From an uncultured bacterium (lineage in GTDB: Bacteria > UBP14 > UBA6098 > B30-G16), in the NCBI GenBank assembly GCA_965552135.1, contig CBEVQY010000016.1:1-57430 (forward strand): DNA of 57,430 nt, given 5' to 3'. Positions 55,901-57,430 of this stretch are shown here, piece after piece. A model generated the notes under the pieces. The model was not told the origin of the DNA. It did not search any database and worked only from the letters and a program-made list of their open reading frames with translations. Position 1 is the first letter of the stretch. Each line of letters starts with the position of its first letter. A program made the translations under genes and the position numbers.

Positions 55901-57430
55901 GCTGGTCTTCGGCGTTTTCGTTTGACGGCGAGACGCTGCGCTTCGTGCCGCCAACGCCGCTGCCCGACGGCGACACCGTCACCGTCTGCATCGCATACGT
56001 CGAAGACTCCCTGGGCAATGCGCTTGAGGAGCCGTTCTGCTGGAGCTTTTTCATGGATCTCTCCCCACCAGCCGCTGTCTTCAGATATCCGGCGCCGGGT
56101 TCGATTCTGCCCGACTGGTGGGTTGGCGTCTTCGAGGCGCACTTCGTCGATGCCGGCGCGGGCGTGGACACGAATTCCTTCTGGGTGGCGTTCTGCGGCG
56201 ACACCTTCGACTACCCGCGGCCGGGGATATCGGTTTCGCCGGGGGATTCGGCGGGCTCGCTCAGGTTCACCGTCGACCCGAACGTCCTTTTGCCCGACGG
56301 CTCCTGGCGCGCATGCTCCACCGTTTGCATGGGGATAGGCGACGCACCCGACTACTGCGGACCAAACGACACAACCTACTGCTGGAACTACGTCATCACC
56401 GAGGGACCGCACGCGGAGATCGTGCAGCCCCTCGACGGCCAGATAACGGCGTGCGACGACCAGTGCATCCTCCTGCGCATCTGGGACGACGACCTGCCTG
56501 TGGACACCTCCTCGATCGTGCTTGTCGTTTCGGGCGATACGATCAGCTGGGGGGACGTCAGGCTTTCGCTCTTTGGCGATACGCTGGCTTTCTGCCCCGA
56601 CTCAGCGAGTCTTTGGTCGAACGGCGAGACGGTTTACGTTGAGCTCCTCGGCGCAGATGATTCTGCCGGCGCACACCTGCAGGATACCCTTTCGTGGGAG
56701 TTTTACGTTGATCTCGAGCCGCCGGCGATGTCGGGTGAGTTCCCAGCGGCGGGCGACACGATAGGCTACGGCGCGCCGACCATTTGCTTCGACCTTGTCG
56801 ACAACCTCGCGGGCGTCGACTTCGACTCCATCGTCGTCGCCATCGACGACTCCGTGTACGTTGGCGCGGAAAGCACCGGCGTGACCATCGCAGGCGCAAC
56901 GGTCTGCGTGGATGCGGCTTCTCTGGGGCTGAGGTGGTCGGGGGGCGACTCGGCTCTGGTCTGCGTCCACGCGCCGGACTCCCCCGATCTTTGTGCTCCC
57001 AACGTGCTCGACACGTGCTGGGCGTTTTATATAGAGGCCGGCGGTCCCGTCGGCTCTGTGATCCATCCCTTCGACGGCGCCTGGGTGAGCTGCACCGACA
57101 CCGGCGTGGTAATGCAGATACTTGACGACGACGGAATATCTGATACGACGATAACGATATCGGTCTGGAGATCATCTACGGGCTTAACCGATACCATACG
57201 CTACCCAGACCCAACCCTCACGTGGGACGGAGCGACGCTTATATATCACCCTGCCGTCCCATTCGCCGAGCCTGAGACCGTCGAGGTTTGCATTATATAT
57301 GCCGAGGATACCTTAGGGAACCCACTGTCGGATGTGGTTTGTTCGCGGTTCACACTTGACTTTTCCTCGCCGCGTTTGTTTGGGGTTTATCCCGGTTTGG
57401 GGGATGTTGAGTACAGCGCGAGTTTTCCTG
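52912..57430 (+). CDS. Giant secreted protein with an unnamed head domain, a PKD/SprB-like domain and tandem Cys/Asp-rich Ig-like repeats (3'-partial, >1500 aa)
   Basis: Not in the ORF track because no stop falls inside the window. RBS AGGAGG and signal peptide MVRRLVTLFAAVFLLEFVFP. The head has DTELRGSDGAP, PDVFWYGPW and FVTYYGI, followed by GTPPYSYSWSPAEGLSCTDC..TTTYELIVTDANGC. The frame is open to the last base. Confidence 0.9.
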   Translation, partial: MVRRLVTLFAAVFLLEFVFPQTLRLGNGYVEVTVDAASGDFEQGADPTGGGSYDGITFGYPWTPSTEWVMFYVDGYIAKNEGDTVEATCIFWPGWWWTGSLHNIDMPPSDASYVDLSDSTIYVIWYNWHGVEIREELTPVSLGPVPGALEQIRCRIVMKPVDGSCHSCGAAVYYDTELRGSDGAPISTAFGYVGHTEIFFAPSIPPVWRAYEAGYPPAPGDLVTVGILTGYEATMPDVFWYGPWRQGFGIWDFSNNLGWNTTPGSGVWNALADAAEGFHDDTSVLVKWNQRTVCPPDSAVFVTYYGIEGEMEISLYFSHTPPDISAGCYDISPNPADLVFTITNGSTSTAHNVCLSLDLSGSSLALVGGDPNPACFGSIAGYGGTQIVTWQVSIPPSAYGTTQCYTVTLSYDEGPDSTATFCIDVPEPTSPVLSMPPDQTVCLGDCVMLVPTVSEGTPPYSYSWSPAEGLSCTDCLTPYACPTTTTTYELIVTDANGCSDTGTVVVNVVEGADVRFVYPDPCFGITSCADQGWALVVDSLTSLGADDTLYLWVNDSLHVYAGSDLVWHYSPDSGVVIEFDSPAVWSHGDSVGLMAQLNHGGCLGGVDSCGFLVDLLPPDTAFATPPPGDTVNVATPTISVQLSDSFAGIDPASITVTVWVNGTLAVGYTASFSDPVLTVSGLSLRSGDSVVVCIDSVSDAPTYDYCPPNDTSFCWGFWVIMGEVVASPVLPQPDSVTACDDQTITIYLAATEAPIDTTTIQLWITYDHGSAEEYVPWGDPRLDYDTSSSELVFDPGGPFWLDGDTVCVKLYAEDIYGNSLDTLEYCFRTDFSPPVLWGEHPPADTVVADPAPVVWFGLGDSITGVADTSLWISIDTNGVVIDTFWYSDGELMWVFDSVAFVPSAHGISFVDGDTVRVCVGAHDRPDYCAPNALDTCWSFTVSLGAPVPAYVQYLPESFVACGEGEQEIIATIDDPDGVNPATLVLWVITSSGTTSYSWSSAFSFDGETLRFVPPTPLPDGDTVTVCIAYVEDSLGNALEEPFCWSFFMDLSPPAAVFRYPAPGSILPDWWVGVFEAHFVDAGAGVDTNSFWVAFCGDTFDYPRPGISVSPGDSAGSLRFTVDPNVLLPDGSWRACSTVCMGIGDAPDYCGPNDTTYCWNYVITEGPHAEIVQPLDGQITACDDQCILLRIWDDDLPVDTSSIVLVVSGDTISWGDVRLSLFGDTLAFCPDSASLWSNGETVYVELLGADDSAGAHLQDTLSWEFYVDLEPPAMSGEFPAAGDTIGYGAPTICFDLVDNLAGVDFDSIVVAIDDSVYVGAESTGVTIAGATVCVDAASLGLRWSGGDSALVCVHAPDSPDLCAPNVLDTCWAFYIEAGGPVGSVIHPFDGAWVSCTDTGVVMQILDDDGISDTTITISVWRSSTGLTDTIRYPDPTLTWDGATLIYHPAVPFAEPETVEVCIIYAEDTLGNPLSDVVCSRFTLDFSSPRLFGVYPGLGDVEYSASFP
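54440..57430 (+). repeat. Protein-level tandem array of alternating A/B Ig-like modules (5 A, 4 complete B, 1 partial B)
   Basis: B-module end motifs YDYCPPNDTSFCW (~55030), PDYCAPNALDTCW (~55700), PDYCGPNDTTYCW (~56365) and PDLCAPNVLDTCW (~57000), spaced about 635-670 nt apart. Confidence 0.85.

Noticed and set aside
1..57430. Diversity-generating retroelement, shufflon recombinase, IS element or prophage
   Set aside because: No reverse transcriptase, recombinase, transposase or phage gene was recognised, and no adenine-specific TR/VR pair was seen.

Overview
A GC-rich (roughly 60-65%) chromosomal segment from a diderm bacterium. A T9SS-like C-terminal domain, a DUF4249 lipoprotein, lgt and an outer-membrane beta-barrel suggest the FCB superphylum, and a PDO-type disulfide oxidoreductase hints at a thermophile; both are inferences. 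The centre holds mostly housekeeping genes: pyrR, queC, queE, folB-folK-dNK, lepA, capB/pgsB, pdxJ, hpf, a eukaryotic-type citrate synthase, gltX, tsaD, ribD, lgt, comF, ABC transporters, a histidine kinase, and TetR plus a radical SAM enzyme. The two largest genes are missing from the supplied ORF track because they run off the window edges: a >2090-aa secreted vWA protein (6283 to <1, minus strand) and a >1500-aa secreted protein (52912 to >57430, plus strand). They are paralogs pointing outward. Each has a different N-terminal head on a largely colinear stalk of alternating Cys/Asp-rich Ig-like A/B modules with a period of about 660 nt. A third family member (22167-24440) ends in an A module lacking its last strand but has a matching CxxxVD segment at its mature N-terminus. 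This suggests an undescribed modular, possibly strand-complemented and disulfide-locked, surface fibre or adhesin system. No rRNA, tRNA, CRISPR array or mobile element was recognised. All translations, alignments and counts were done by eye.
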